From positions 15,874 to 79,873 of the forward strand of contig JAAWKA010000005.1 in the NCBI GenBank assembly GCA_022797145.1: a stretch of 64,000 nucleotides of DNA. The letters run 5' to 3'. The notes below the pieces were generated by a model, which saw only the letters and a list, made by a program, of their open reading frames with translations, had not been told where the DNA came from and ran no database searches. Origin of the DNA: Clostridia bacterium (lineage in GTDB: Bacteria > Bacillota > Clostridia > TANB77 > CAG-508). Below are positions 1 to 12,104 of the stretch, one piece after another (position 1 is the first letter of the stretch; each line of letters opens with the position of its first letter). The translations under genes were made by a program, and so were the position numbers.

Positions 1-294
1 AGCTGGTCCAATAGTTAATTTCGCTTTTGGGAATAATCTTTTTATTGCTTGTGCCATAATATGAGCACTTGTATGCCAGTATGCTTTTTTTCCTTTTTCA
101 TCATTTTCAAATGTAAGAATTGTCACTTTACAATCTTTTTCTAATTTACATCTTAGATCTTTTATTTCACCATCTACTTCAGCTGATGTAGCAGTTTTAG
201 CAAGCTCCTCACTTATTTGTTTTGCCAATTCTAATAATGTTGTTCCTTTAGGAACATCTTTTATAATTCCATTTTTCAAACCTACTTTTATCAT
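1..294 (-). CDS. thrS: Threonyl-tRNA synthetase, N-terminal part (runs off window)
   Basis: Manual translation MIKVGLKNGIIKDVPKGTT...AYWHTSAHIMAQAIKRLFPKAKLTIGPA: TGS domain plus the ThrRS HTSAH editing motif. Confidence 0.95.
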   Translation of the reverse strand, partial: MIKVGLKNGIIKDVPKGTTLLELAKQISEELAKTATSAEVDGEIKDLRCKLEKDCKVTILTFENDEKGKKAYWHTSAHIMAQAIKRLFPKAKLTIGPA

Positions 295-327
295 AATTAT
301 TTCCCCTTTCTATATTAAATATATACT

Positions 328-540
328 AAACACCTCTATGGAATTAAAATCCCATAGAGGTGTTTTTATAAACACGGTTCCACTCTATTTTTTACTTAAA
401 TATAGATTATAACGTTATCAACGTCTAGCTTTACTAGAAACCTATATGAGGTAGTTTTTCAGATGTTTTCCTTTTGATTAGTTTCCAGCCTAAGACTAAT
501 CAATCTCTATTAGTAACTAATATCTTACTTTGTCTCATTT
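328..540 (-). promoter_or_regulatory. T-box riboswitch leader of thrS
   Basis: Minus strand has AGAGA and GCTGGAA motifs, T-box AGAGTGGAACCGTG (373-386) and terminator hairpin AAACACCTCTATGG...CCATAGAGGTGTTT upstream of thrS. Confidence 0.85.
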
Positions 541-594
541 GTTTTACATTATTTACTTATATATATTACTCCTATTTTATAATTTTGTCAATAT

Positions 595-813
595 TTATAA
601 ACTATTTATCTCTTTATATAGGTTATATGTATTTTGTTCTAGCATGTTAATATATTCCAGCTTTTCAATGTTATGTACTAAATATCCTACTATAAATCCA
701 AGTACAAATATTCCAACTACTAACAATACACTTTTTATAATTTGTTCTTTTTGATATATTTCTTTATCATATATTTTCATAAAACTTTCCTCTTTTCCTT
801 TATTTATTTTCAT
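595..813 (-). CDS. Small single-TM membrane protein (likely start 780)
   Basis: Hydrophobic stretch [18 protein letters not shown]; directly downstream of pgi. Confidence 0.55.
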   Translation of the reverse strand: MKINKGKEESFMKIYDKEIYQKEQIIKSVLLVVGIFVLGFIVGYLVHNIEKLEYINMLEQNTYNLYKEINSL

Positions 814-2107
814 AGCCTGGTTTTCCCAAAAGTCTGAACATATTATTTTTGTATTCTTCTACACCTGGTTGATTAAAAGGATTTACCCCTAATATATTGC
901 CAGACATTGCACATGCTAATTCAAAAAAGTATATTAATTGTCCAACTGTTTCTTCATCTAATTTGGTAATATTTATTATTATATTTGGAACTCCCCCTTT
1001 TTTGTGTGCCTGTATTGTTCCTTCCATTGCTTTTTTATTAACAAAATTTACTGTTTTTCCTGCAACAAAATTTAATCCATCTAGATTATCTTCATCACTT
1101 TTTATAGTTATATCGCTTTGAGGAGTTGAAATTGATAGTACTGTTTCAAATAAATTTCTTCTTCCTTCTTGAATATATTGTCCCATTGAATGCAAATCAG
1201 TTGTAAAGTCTACTCCTGTAGGGAAAATTCCTCTTAACTGTTTTCCTTCACTCTCACCATATAATTGTTTCCACCATTCTGTAAAATAATGCAATTTAGG
1301 TTCATAATTTACAAGTATTTCTATATTTTTTCTATTTTCATATAAAATATTTCTTACTACAGCATACTGATAACATTCATTATATTTTAAATTATCATCA
1401 ATATATTTATCTTGTGCAATTTTTGCACCTATCATTAATTTATCAATATCTATTCCTGCTACCGCTATTGGTAATAATCCTACAGCAGTTAATACAGAAT
1501 ATCTTCCTCCTACATTATTTGGTATTATAAAAGTTTCATATCCTTCCTCTATTGATAAAGTCTTTAGAGCTCCTTTTTCCTTATCTGTTGTAACATATAT
1601 TCTTTTTCTTGCTTCTTCAATTCCATATTTAGTTTCTAAAAATTCTCTAAAAATTCTAAATGCAATTGCTGGTTCTGTTGTAGTTCCTGATTTTGATATT
1701 ACATTAACCGATATATCTTTGTCTCCAATTATATCAATTAAATCATTAATATAATCTGAACTTAAATTGTTACCAACATATAAAATCTGTGGAGTCTTTT
1801 CTTTTTTATAATTATAGAAAGAATGTGTTAATGAGTCTATCACAGCTCTTGCTCCTAAATAAGACCCCCCTATACCAATACATAAAAATACATCAGAATT
1901 ATTTATTATTTTTTGTGCAGCTTTTTTTATTCTCAAAAATTCTTCTTTATCATAATTAGTTGGTAATTTTAACCATCCTAAATATTGTTCTTCTTCATTT
2001 TCTTTTTCATGTAAAGTTTTATGTATGTTCTGTACTTTTAATTTATATTCCAGAATATTTTCCATTGAAATGTTGGTGTTGCTTATATCCAATTTTATAT
2101 TTGACAT
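800..2107 (-). CDS. pgi: Glucose-6-phosphate isomerase
   Basis: [45 protein letters not shown] motifs. Confidence 0.97.
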   Translation of the reverse strand: MSNIKLDISNTNISMENILEYKLKVQNIHKTLHEKENEEEQYLGWLKLPTNYDKEEFLRIKKAAQKIINNSDVFLCIGIGGSYLGARAVIDSLTHSFYNYKKEKTPQILYVGNNLSSDYINDLIDIIGDKDISVNVISKSGTTTEPAIAFRIFREFLETKYGIEEARKRIYVTTDKEKGALKTLSIEEGYETFIIPNNVGGRYSVLTAVGLLPIAVAGIDIDKLMIGAKIAQDKYIDDNLKYNECYQYAVVRNILYENRKNIEILVNYEPKLHYFTEWWKQLYGESEGKQLRGIFPTGVDFTTDLHSMGQYIQEGRRNLFETVLSISTPQSDITIKSDEDNLDGLNFVAGKTVNFVNKKAMEGTIQAHKKGGVPNIIINITKLDEETVGQLIYFFELACAMSGNILGVNPFNQPGVEEYKNNMFRLLGKPGYENK

Positions 2108-2274
2108 ATCTTCACTTCCTTTTCTATTTGTATTATATTCTATAATAAGTAAATTTGATATGCAATAGAATTTTATAAAAAGTATTTCTTTTTATATTTA
2201 TATAGCATATAATATAAATTATAAAATATATAATTACATATTTTATATTAGTATGCTTTAAGGAGCGTGTTTTT

Positions 2275-3162
2275 ATGAAAAAAATAATATTTAAAGGTTG
2301 TGCAACAGCTATTGCAACTCCTTTTAATAGTGAAGGAGTAAATTTAAATGAATTTGAAAAATTAATTGAATTTCAAATTCAAGAAGGAATTGATGCTTTG
2401 GTAGTTTGTGGAACTACTGGTGAATCTGCTACTATGACTGAAGATGAAAGAAAGGAAACTATGAAGTTTGCAATAAAAAAAGTGGCAAATAGAGTTCCTG
2501 TTATTTTGGGAACTGGTAGTAATAACACCAAATCTGCTATAGAATTATCAAAATATGCTGAAAGTATTGGAGCTGATGCTGTTCTGATAGTTACACCATA
2601 TTACAATAAAGCAACACAAGAAGGACTTATAAGACATTATGCATCCATTGCGAATTCTATTTCCTTGCCTATTATAATGTACAATGTCCCTAGTAGAACT
2701 GGTGTAAATATAGCACCTAATACTTGTCTTGAATTATCAAAAATAGAAAATATTGTAGCTATTAAAGAAGCAAGTGGAAATATTTCTCAAGTTGCTGAAA
2801 TTGCTTCTCTTTGTGGTGAAAATTTACATATTTATAGTGGAAATGATGATCAAGTATTACCTGTTCTTTCTTTAGGAGGACTTGGTGTAATTTCCGTTTT
2901 TTCTAATATTGCTCCAAAACCATTCACTACTATGATCCATAACTTTTATAGTGGTAATATTAATACTGCTATTAACATGCAATTATCAAGTATAAAACTA
3001 ATAAATGCTTTATTTTGTGAAGTAAATCCAATTCCTGTAAAAGCTGCTTTAAATATTTTGGGATATGATTTTGGTATTCCTCGTTTACCTCTAACAGAAT
3101 TATCTATTAATCATAAAAAAAATTTAGAAATTATTATGAAAGATTATGGACTTATAAAATAA
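2275..3162 (+). CDS. dapA: 4-hydroxy-tetrahydrodipicolinate synthase
   Basis: GTTGES, TPYYNK, YNVPSRTG, IKEASG, NPIPVK motifs. Confidence 0.97.
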   Translation: MKKIIFKGCATAIATPFNSEGVNLNEFEKLIEFQIQEGIDALVVCGTTGESATMTEDERKETMKFAIKKVANRVPVILGTGSNNTKSAIELSKYAESIGADAVLIVTPYYNKATQEGLIRHYASIANSISLPIIMYNVPSRTGVNIAPNTCLELSKIENIVAIKEASGNISQVAEIASLCGENLHIYSGNDDQVLPVLSLGGLGVISVFSNIAPKPFTTMIHNFYSGNINTAINMQLSSIKLINALFCEVNPIPVKAALNILGYDFGIPRLPLTELSINHKKNLEIIMKDYGLIK

Positions 3163-3257
3163 ATTATTACAAAAATGTTAAATTTGTATTAACTTAATAG
3201 TAATATATTTCATAATATGTTATAATTTATTCTAGATAGTACATAAGATTAAAGGAG

Positions 3258-3815
3258 ATGAATATTCTATTTATGCCAAATATTATGATTAAAAATATTT
3301 CATTATATAAGCTAAGAGAATTTGAGAATATTATTGATGATCTAATTTGTAATGAAACTGTTCAAAAAATGAAAGATTTCAAACATCATTATAATACATC
3401 TTGTTTTGAACATTGTAAAAATGTTGCTTATTATAGCTTTTTAATATGTAAAAAATATAACTTGGATTATACATCAGCAACACGTGCTGCTATGCTTCAT
3501 GATTTATTTTTATATGATTGGAGAAAAAGAGAACATGGGCGAAAAGGTTTACATGCCTTTACTCATCCTAAAACTGCTCTTAACAATGCAACTCAATTAT
3601 TTAAATTAAATAAAATAGAAAAAGATATTATTTTAAAACATATGTGGCCTGTAACTTTAGGATTTCCTAGATATAAAGAAAGTTTTATTATAACTTTTGT
3701 AGATAAATATTGTGCTATTAAAGAATCTATAAAAGAATATAAATCAAAATATAAGTTACAGCTTGTATATCGTTATGCTTATGTATTTTTAAGTATGCTA
3801 ATTATTTTAAGATAA
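3258..3815 (+). CDS. HD-domain phosphohydrolase
   Basis: H...LHDLFLYDW...HAFTHP...HMWP...DK pattern. Confidence 0.85.
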   Translation: MNILFMPNIMIKNISLYKLREFENIIDDLICNETVQKMKDFKHHYNTSCFEHCKNVAYYSFLICKKYNLDYTSATRAAMLHDLFLYDWRKREHGRKGLHAFTHPKTALNNATQLFKLNKIEKDIILKHMWPVTLGFPRYKESFIITFVDKYCAIKESIKEYKSKYKLQLVYRYAYVFLSMLIILR

Positions 3816-3839
3816 TTAGCTTTAAAAAAGGAGAAATTT

Positions 3840-4592
3840 ATGATAAAAGTTTTAATTAATGGATGTAATGGTCGAATGGGACAAGAACTTATAAAAGAAA
3901 TTGATAATTTTGAAAATTTATTGTTATTAGCTGGCTTTGATAGGAATGATACTGGTAAAAATACTTTTCCAGTATATTCAAAAATAGAAGATATTAAGGA
4001 AAAGCCTGATGTTATAGTAGACTTTAGTGTACCTATTGCTAGTTTAAATATTTTAAAATATGCTATTAATTGGAAAATTCCATTAGTTATAGCAACTACT
4101 GGATTTTCTAAAGAAAATATTGATGAAATTCAAAAAGCATCACAGCACATTCCTATTTTTAAATCTTCTAACATGTCATATGATATAAGTTTAATGAAAA
4201 AAATTGTTATGGAAGTAGCCAAAGCTTTAAATAATTGTGATATTGAAATTATAGAAACACATCATAATAAAAAAATAGATGCTCCAAGTGGAACAGCAAT
4301 CTCACTTGCTGATTCTATTAATTCTGTTTTAAATAATAATATGAATTATGTATTTGACAGACATAATTCACATGAAAAAAGAACGAAAAATGAAATTGGT
4401 TTTTCTTCAATTCGTGGAGGAAATATTGTTGGAGAACATAGTGTTCAGTTCTTAGGACAATATGAAACTTTTGAAATTAAGCATACTTCCTATTCTAGAA
4501 GTGTATTTGCTGAAGGGGCTCTAAAAGCTGCTGAATTTATATCTAAACAACCAAAAGGTCTTTATGGTATGGAAGATTTGTTTAAAAATTAG
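3840..4592 (+). CDS. dapB: 4-hydroxy-tetrahydrodipicolinate reductase
   Basis: GCNGRMG, VIATTG, ETHHNKKIDAPSGTA, RGGNIVGEH motifs. Confidence 0.97.
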   Translation: MIKVLINGCNGRMGQELIKEIDNFENLLLLAGFDRNDTGKNTFPVYSKIEDIKEKPDVIVDFSVPIASLNILKYAINWKIPLVIATTGFSKENIDEIQKASQHIPIFKSSNMSYDISLMKKIVMEVAKALNNCDIEIIETHHNKKIDAPSGTAISLADSINSVLNNNMNYVFDRHNSHEKRTKNEIGFSSIRGGNIVGEHSVQFLGQYETFEIKHTSYSRSVFAEGALKAAEFISKQPKGLYGMEDLFKN

Positions 4593-4601
4593 ATGGATAT
4601 A

Positions 4602-4991
4602 TTAAAAAATATTATCCAAACTAATTTTTTCTTTTTCATCTATATATTCTAGAACGTAAATAGATTTATCTATATTTTCTATTGCTTGGGAATATTCCTG
4701 AACTTCTATATAACTTCTTACTGATATTAATGATGATTTTATCTTCTCTATTTCATTGTGTTCTATATAAAATGCAAGTTTATCATCTAATTCCTCCCAC
4801 TTTTCATATGTTTTATTTATATTTTGTTTTAAGTCTTCATTGTTAAAATTTCCTGTCATAATATCTTGTCTTATACTTTCTAAGTCTTCTCTTATAGTCT
4901 CAACAGTTTTATCTGTATAATCTTGTGTTATTTTATTTAAAGAAAATATAAGAATACTTATTATAACTATAGTTATTACTTGCTTATACAT
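4602..4991 (-). CDS. DUF4363-like protein
   Basis: N-terminal TM, W...LAFYIEHNEIEKI, C-terminal SLDNIF; usual partner of DUF421. Confidence 0.7.
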   Translation of the reverse strand: MYKQVITIVIISILIFSLNKITQDYTDKTVETIREDLESIRQDIMTGNFNNEDLKQNINKTYEKWEELDDKLAFYIEHNEIEKIKSSLISVRSYIEVQEYSQAIENIDKSIYVLEYIDEKEKISLDNIF

Positions 4992-5012
4992 AAAATACCT
5001 TCCTTCAATTCT

Positions 5013-5696
5013 CTACTTTCTTTCTTTTTTTTGACAAAAAATTTGTCCTTTTCCATCAAAAGTTACAATTAAGGCTTCCTCAGGCAACATTTTAAATTTA
5101 GAAACTTCTTTTCTTAGCCAATCATAATTTCTTCCAATTGCTTTTAAATTATCATGCATTACCTCCCCGTCTACCACTAAATCATATGGAATCCCCTCAT
5201 AATCAGGCATAATATTAAAATCTTCAGGAATAGTATTTCTTTTGTTTGGCTTTTGTATTACTGTAACTTGTCCACTAGTTTCTAAAATAGCATATTCTAC
5301 ATCTCCTATATTTACAACATTATTTCCTCTTAATCTTTCTTGTAATTCATTTATTGTAAATCGTTCTTTAATTAATTGTTTTTCATCTATTTTTCCTCTA
5401 TAAATAAGGATACTTGGTTTTCCGCATATAATTTTTCTTGCACGTATACTTTTTAAATTGATTATTGAAATTAACAAATGCATAACTAATAATCCAAGTA
5501 TAGGAATAATACCTTTTGTTATTGGAATTCCTGTCTCTGTCATTGGAATAGAAGCAAGATCAGCAATCATAATGGATATAACAAGTTCAAATGGCTGTAA
5601 TTGCCCAATTTCTCTTTTCCCCATTAATCTCATTACAATTAATACAATTATATAAAGCATAATTGCTCTAGCAAAAGTAATTAACATCAAATTCAT
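5013..5696 (-). CDS. DUF421 (YetF-like) membrane protein
   Basis: RLMGKREIGQLQPFELV, GKPSILI, YAILETSG motifs. Confidence 0.9.
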   Translation of the reverse strand: MNLMLITFARAIMLYIIVLIVMRLMGKREIGQLQPFELVISIMIADLASIPMTETGIPITKGIIPILGLLVMHLLISIINLKSIRARKIICGKPSILIYRGKIDEKQLIKERFTINELQERLRGNNVVNIGDVEYAILETSGQVTVIQKPNKRNTIPEDFNIMPDYEGIPYDLVVDGEVMHDNLKAIGRNYDWLRKEVSKFKMLPEEALIVTFDGKGQIFCQKKERK

Positions 5697-5848
5697 TCCT
5701 TTAAATTTAATTTTTATTTTATTTTTTACATTTTTCCATTTTTTATACTTTTTATTTTGAATAATTTATTTATTTTGGAGAATAATAAAATTATGAACTA
5801 TGAAAATAGCATTTAATATATATTTTCTAAGATTGGAGGTTCAATATT

Positions 5849-6226
5849 ATGGATGAAAATAATAGTAATGTTCAAACATCTACTACAACAAGCACTGTTG
5901 GACAAATAGTATGGCGTTTTGTAGCTGCTGCGATAGTTCTTGCAATTACAGCATTTTTTACTCCTGGATTTACTATAAATAATGTATGGGCATTAGCATT
6001 AGCTGCAGTTGTACTTACAGCTATAGATTATTTAATAGTAAAATTTACTGGATTACATGCTAGTCCATTTGGTAAAGGATTTGTAGGTTTTATACTTTCA
6101 GCTGTGGTACTATATGTCACTCAGTTTTTTGTTGCTGGATATACAATTTCATGGATAGCAGCAATTATTGGGGCACTTGTTTATGGTGTAGTAGATTATT
6201 TTATTCCTGGTGATAATAAATTATAG
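5849..6226 (+). CDS. 4-TM phage-holin-family membrane protein
   Basis: Four hydrophobic helices, TPGFTI and SPFGKGFVGF motifs; GGAGG RBS. Confidence 0.75.
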   Translation: MDENNSNVQTSTTTSTVGQIVWRFVAAAIVLAITAFFTPGFTINNVWALALAAVVLTAIDYLIVKFTGLHASPFGKGFVGFILSAVVLYVTQFFVAGYTISWIAAIIGALVYGVVDYFIPGDNKL

Positions 6227-6230
6227 GATA

Positions 6231-6270
6231 AAATAAAAATAGGTATTAAATTTAATACCTATTTTTATTT
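6231..6270. terminator. Bidirectional intrinsic terminator
   Basis: Palindrome AAATAAAAATAGGTATTAAA/TTTAATACCTATTTTTATTT. Confidence 0.8.
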
Positions 6271-6690
6271 TTTATACTATTGTAATAATCAAAAAAGTTT
6301 TCAACACAAGAATTGTCTAACCAATTTCCTTTTCTAGACATACTTTGTTTAATGCCTTTTTCTCTAAAAAAATCTGCTATTTCGGCAAATATTTTTTCTA
6401 GAATATCTATCACTTGATGAACTAAATCTAAAATATTTTATTAAACTCAAGTACACTCAGTGAACTTTTTAGGAATTTTAGTTCACTATTTTTAATTTGT
6501 AACGAAGATTAGGGGGGGTGATCCAATTCACCGAGTGAATTTTTGCATCATATTTGCTTAAAATTTTTGTTCTTTTATTAACTCTTGAAAGCTTGCCTTT
6601 CGATGTGTATAGGCGATGTGTGAACACTCGCTTTCCTGCCCTCAATTTTTGATTGAGGTATAAAAATTTTATAAAATTTTTATCGTTTTA

Positions 6691-9600
6691 TTATTTTTGA
6701 TATATTTTAGGTATTTCTTTTACTAAATCTTCGCAAAATTTTTTTAATTTCTTATTATATTTAATTGTGTACTTGCAAATTGTATATAATGTTCTGCACG
6801 CAAATTTTCTATTGCTTAATTCCATAGTAATAGCATCATTCTTATATCTAGTCCAGCATTCCTTTGCTTTAATTTCATCCATATCCTCAAAAATTTCTTT
6901 TATTGCTAATTTGTCTATGTTATATATTAATTCTATAAAATTAACCCAATCTAAATCATAGCATCCATTGTATGGAATAATATTATTTATTTTACTCTGT
7001 ATTTTTTGTTTTGAATCTTTAATGGCATTTATTGCTATATTACTATTTTGTTCATTTAATATATTTAGCATTAAAAATGCTAGCCCCTCACTATCATTAT
7101 GTCCAAAAATATCTATTTTTTGCTTTGCTTCAAAACATTTAATTGCAAGTTGAGGTTCTAAATACGTAAGTAATGGGTCTGCTATTTCAACTTTTTCGAT
7201 ATTATCATTTATCCATGTTTTTATTGGTTCATGGTTTTTTGTGCTTTCAGCCAATGATACTAATAATAATTTCATTTCACTTGGTGGTTCTCTCCAGTAA
7301 TCATTAAAGTTGTTATTTATCCTAGCATAATCTATATATTTTACTGTTTCTCTAGTCTTACTTTTATCAACTCTATTTATCCAATCTATAAATCTTGCAT
7401 ACCTTTCCCAATCATGTCTATTACTTGAACAAATTTCACTTGCCACTAGTTTTGCATCTATTGCTTTTACTAGAATTTTCACCTTACCTTTATACTCCTT
7501 TTTAGGACTTTTGTGATCAAGCATTGAATATCCAAAAATCATCCACAATAAATGTTCTTGCATTTCCTCATATGAACTAAGTGGATATTTTCTTATGTTG
7601 TATGTAAAAGCACCCTCGCTCACTTCATATAACTCAATTCCTATTTTAGCATTAATATAATACATAGAAACAATAAACTCCGATAATTCATATACATCAA
7701 TCTTATATTTATTACTCCTAATTTTTTCTTTTAACAACTGTATATTAATATTATTTATTATATCTTCTTTCCATTTTTGATCTTTAAAAACCAAAAATCT
7801 ATTTAACACTTTTCCCATTGCTCCTAAATCATTATATGAAGACTTATTAATATTCTTTGCTAATTTTTTAAAATCAATTAATTGTTCAAATTTATTATTT
7901 ATATCACTATTTTTTTCTCTATAATCTAAAATACTATTTACTAACCAACTCAATGCATATCCAGTATTATGATTTACTTCTTCTATCCATTTGACTAATA
8001 ACGGAAGATGTTTATTTATTATATCTTTTTTTGCATTATCATAAAATCTAATCAATGTATCGAAAAGAAAACATGAATTTCTAATATCAATATCATTATT
8101 GGAGTTTATGCATCTATTTTCTATTTTTTTCCAAATTTCAGATGTTATAATATTTCTCTCATAATACAATGAACATATAGTACTTCTAAATTCGTTTAAG
8201 AGCCAACTTATTCCTTGTATTGGTGTATTTTCATTTTCAATAATACTTCTAATTATTTTGATTAAAATATTTCTATCCTTTTCTTCGCAATTATCAGCAA
8301 ATTTAGATATTATAATCGAAGCATACTGTATGAATACATCTATATTGTTCATCTTCTATAATAATTAATTTATTGTCCAGCATATATTTTAAGTTCTTTT
8401 TAAACCAATTTATATCATATTCTAGAAAATCAAGTACTCTTTTCAATTCTTCTTTAGTAACTGATTTGTCTAACATAGCTATTTGCTTCATTGCTAAAAA
8501 TAATATTATCCAGTCTGCTCTATTTTTTTCTCTTAATCTCAAAAAATCCTCTTTTGCAATATTCCACCCACCTCTTAGAATATAGTTAAACATCCATGGT
8601 GTTGTAGCTTCTTTTGCTGCTTTTTCTATTCTTCTTTCTATAGTTTCAGAAAAATAGCTATCACCAATATTTTTATCTATTTTATGAACAATCTCATATA
8701 TTTTTTTCTTATTTTGTAAATATTCATGTTTTATTTTTTCTATTGATTCTGTATTAGATGTATAAGTAGTTTCTGCATTTATATTAATTTCATCTGTTAT
8801 AGTACAAATAACTTTGATATTTTCTGATGTATTAGCAATAACTTTTTCAATATATACGTTTTGTATATTTTGTAGATCATCAATTATAAAAATACTGTTT
8901 TCACTTGTAATTTTTTTAAAGTTATAATCAAAAAATTCATTTTTATTTGTATATTTAAATACTCTCCAACCTTTCATATAGAAATGATATGCTACTTGAT
9001 AAGCTGTTATAGATTTTCCACTTCCAGCAATACCTAGTATTATTGAATAATTTAATAATTCTAAATTTTCTTCTATCTTCTTAATTATAGGCAATTCTGG
9101 ACAAGACTTAACATTGTAAGGGAACAATTTATTTCCTATTATTGCATCAGTAATATCTCTTTTTACATCAAAACTAACACTTTCCCATTGTGTATTTTTA
9201 GGAAAATTATTTAACGTTACAGTTTTATCTTTTTCTTTCATTTTAATTAAATTGTTATAGTCTAAAATTATAGACAAATCGCTCCAACTATCAACTAAAT
9301 TAATAACTTTATCTTTAAATAATAATTTATCAGCATTATATTCTTTAAGTTTATATATTTCTATATCATTTCCATTTGTTATTACATAAACTATACATCT
9401 TGTCCACATAGCATAAAATGTCGCTTGATCTTTGGCATTTTCGATTTTCTCTTTTGGTTTTTTCAATTCAAAAACAACTAATGAATTATTCATTACCCAT
9501 CCAGTCTCTTTTTTATCTCTATGCCTATTTGCGTTACTATCTTTAAAGATCATTATATCTGCTGATTTAGTATTTAAATCCTTTCTACCCTCCTTTCCAT

Positions 9601-9751
9601 AAACAGGATATTCTTCAGCAATATTCTCAGTTGGATATCTGAGTAAATCTAAAAGCGGATTTACTATTTTACTTCTTACCTCAGTTTCTTGAACTATATC
9701 TTCTTTTTTATTTGTTCTATATATTCTTCTATATTTGCTATCCTCATACAT
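6691..9751 (-). pseudogene. HsdR-N-like PD-(D/E)xK nuclease + STAND-like NTPase + helical C-terminal region, split by a frameshift near 8330
   Basis: ADIMIF...VFELKK nuclease motif, Walker A GIAGSGKS, Walker B FIIDD; ORFs 8303..9751 and 6691..8352 overlap and join across TGT ATT CAT A CAG TAT. Confidence 0.65.
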
Positions 9752-10597
9752 TTACTTCCTTAATAACAACTTTATTTCTTCTAATACTTCCATCGTATCC
9801 TCATAACTTATATCTTCTGCATAACTAAACCTACTCTGATAATTCTTCCAATGTTCTTTTAATGCATCGTTTTCTTTTATTACTTTCATTATCTCATCAA
9901 TATTTTCTAAATTATGCATAGACTCTCTATATTCAAATTTCTTCATAATAGCTTGTCCTAACAATTCTTTATCAAAGTTTTGTTGTTGTGTAGTCCAAAG
10001 TATGTATATATCATAAAAGTCTCTTGCTCTTGTTGTATCAATATTTCTCGATATAATTGTTTCAAATTTATCTGCTATTACTGTTTCCATATTATATGCA
10101 AGAATTTCTATTGAACGATCTTCAAACATCAAGTCAAACTTATAATTTACTTCTTTAGGTACAATTATATCTCCTGTTGTTATGTCCAATTTCATAGGTA
10201 CAACTAATTTATCAAATTTTGCATCCAATGATACTCTATATCCTCCATATTCATCTTCTTGTCTTATTTCCTTTATGTTTCTAAATTCAAAAATTACTCC
10301 ATCATCTAAGTCTATACTAAATATTTCGTTTAATATATTTTCAAGGTTATCTTTTTCTAAATTAAAGCCTTTTATTGTTGCATCCATATCTAGTGTATTT
10401 CTCATATCTATTCCAACTATAGCTGTTATCAGCATTCCACCTTTTAATACAAATTTATATTTATAATCTGATACTGAAATCCTTTCTAATAGTCTCTCTA
10501 GCATATAGTTTTGTAAAATGATATTTTCATTTACATCAACTTTTGCTGACATGTTTTTTATCCATGCCTTTAATTGTGCTCTATTCTTAGCAATCAT
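9752..10597 (-). CDS. abiEii: AbiEii nucleotidyltransferase toxin (type IV TA)
   Basis: FVLKGG, RNTLDMD, KLDITTGD, ADKFETI, RARDFYDI motifs. Confidence 0.92.
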   Translation of the reverse strand: MIAKNRAQLKAWIKNMSAKVDVNENIILQNYMLERLLERISVSDYKYKFVLKGGMLITAIVGIDMRNTLDMDATIKGFNLEKDNLENILNEIFSIDLDDGVIFEFRNIKEIRQEDEYGGYRVSLDAKFDKLVVPMKLDITTGDIIVPKEVNYKFDLMFEDRSIEILAYNMETVIADKFETIISRNIDTTRARDFYDIYILWTTQQQNFDKELLGQAIMKKFEYRESMHNLENIDEIMKVIKENDALKEHWKNYQSRFSYAEDISYEDTMEVLEEIKLLLRK

Positions 10598-11187
10598 AGT
10601 AACACCTCCAAGTATTTTCTTACTTCATCTTCTATATTAAATAGTTTTGCATATTTATGTAGTTTTATTGAATTTCTATCTTTTCTTTCCGCATATCTTT
10701 TCATGGCATCTGTAAATAATGCAATCTCAATTTTCTTTTTATTTCTTATAATATCACATATGGTTCTTTCCAAATCATATACCTTAACCTTGTTACCATA
10801 TGGTGTTTTCATTTCTATAATACCAACATTATATAATTCTTCTTTTAAATAAAAAAATTGATAGTTACTATTCTTAATTGATATGTTATTATAATTGCTT
10901 GGTACTGTTAATTGAAATTTTATAGGCGTTCTGTCACATAAATCATGAAAATATAATGCCGTTTCATGAGAGAATATTCCTTTCTTACATATTGCTTGTG
11001 TTGTAAAATATGTATCTTCTATTGTATCTACACTTATATAAATACCTCTCGCTACTCTTTCAATTATTCCTCTTTCAATCATTCTCGTTAGAATTCTACT
11101 ATTAATCCCTAAATCTTCTACTTCACTTGTTGTTATAATCCCGTTTCTTTTTTTTAATAATTTTTCAATTTTCTCAATATTATCCAT
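10594..11187 (-). CDS. abiEi: AbiEi antitoxin/transcriptional regulator (start at MDNIEK)
   Basis: wHTH with IERVARGIY, FSHETALYFHDL, YDLERTICD; stop overlaps abiEii start. Confidence 0.9.
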   Translation of the reverse strand: MDNIEKIEKLLKKRNGIITTSEVEDLGINSRILTRMIERGIIERVARGIYISVDTIEDTYFTTQAICKKGIFSHETALYFHDLCDRTPIKFQLTVPSNYNNISIKNSNYQFFYLKEELYNVGIIEMKTPYGNKVKVYDLERTICDIIRNKKKIEIALFTDAMKRYAERKDRNSIKLHKYAKLFNIEDEVRKYLEVLL

Positions 11188-11201
11188 TTTTCTCTTCTCC
11201 T

Positions 11202-11251
11202 TTGTCGGAAATCTTCGTAAATATTGTATCATTTACGAAGATTTCCGACAA
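11202..11251. promoter_or_regulatory. 21-bp inverted repeat, probable AbiEi operator
   Basis: TTGTCGGAAATCTTCGTAAAT-8 nt-ATTTACGAAGATTTCCGACAA just upstream of abiEi; AbiE operons autoregulate through such inverted repeats. Confidence 0.75.
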
Positions 11252-11552
11252 GTATTTTGATGAAATTTTATAAAATTATTGATTTTTAATAAAATTTCTA
11301 TTATACTTTTATTAGATGACCGAGAAGGCTTACTCTGGTAAGCAGTTATGATTTAGAATGTAGCTTATATAGAAATATATGAGCTATAGTTTTTTTATTT
11401 TAAAATTTATTTAAAAATGTTGATTTCTGCTAAAATACCTATTATAATTTTATTACATTAATTGTTGCACACTTATAAAGTGTGGAGTTTGTTTCATCTT
11501 TTATAAAGATGCTTAAAAGCCTTCTATCAAAAGAAGGCTTTACCATATTAAA

Positions 11553-12104
11553 CTATAAATAACTTACTATATCTTCAAATGTATCATATCCACTTTTACT
11601 ATTGATATGTCCTGCATTTGGTATTAAAATCTGTTCTGTAGCAATTTTATCTGCAAAATCTTTTTCTACTTCATATTTTACATATGGATCATTATCTGAA
11701 TAGAAACAAATAATTTCATCTGCATATTGTTTTACATCTTCTAAGTTATTAAAATACATTGTTCTATTTACTGAATCGTATTCTTCATTTATTCCTAAAT
11801 AGTTGTTAAATCCACATACAAATATTAATTTTTTAACTTTTAATTTATTCTCTACTAAAAATTTGCAAACAAATACTGGTGCAATACTATGTGCTATTAT
11901 TGTTGTATTTTCATTAATTAGTCCTAATTCTAAATAATATTTAAGCAGTTTACTCCAATTCTCATAATTTTGATAACCTACTCCTATTGGAAATTGTGGT
12001 ACATATACTTGTTTTTCATCTGATGATATAAAATCTTATAACCAATTAAACCAATTTCCAAATGGACTTTCAAAACTTCCATGTATTATAAAATAATTTT
12101 TCAT
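11553..12104 (-). pseudogene. RBBP9/YdeN alpha/beta hydrolase with premature TAA
   Basis: MKNYFIIHGSF...GNWFNWL*DF..., IAHSIAP nucleophile motif, SDNDPYV and AGHIN. Confidence 0.8.

Noticed and set aside
6595-6660. Tandem CGATGTGT repeat and hairpin near the island's left end as an att site
   Set aside because: Only two short copies and no clear match to the rlmD 3' sequence; too weak to call.
8320-8352. Frameshift in the nuclease-NTPase gene as part of the recoding system
   Set aside because: Context is CAT A CAG with no CGG; looks like an ordinary small indel.
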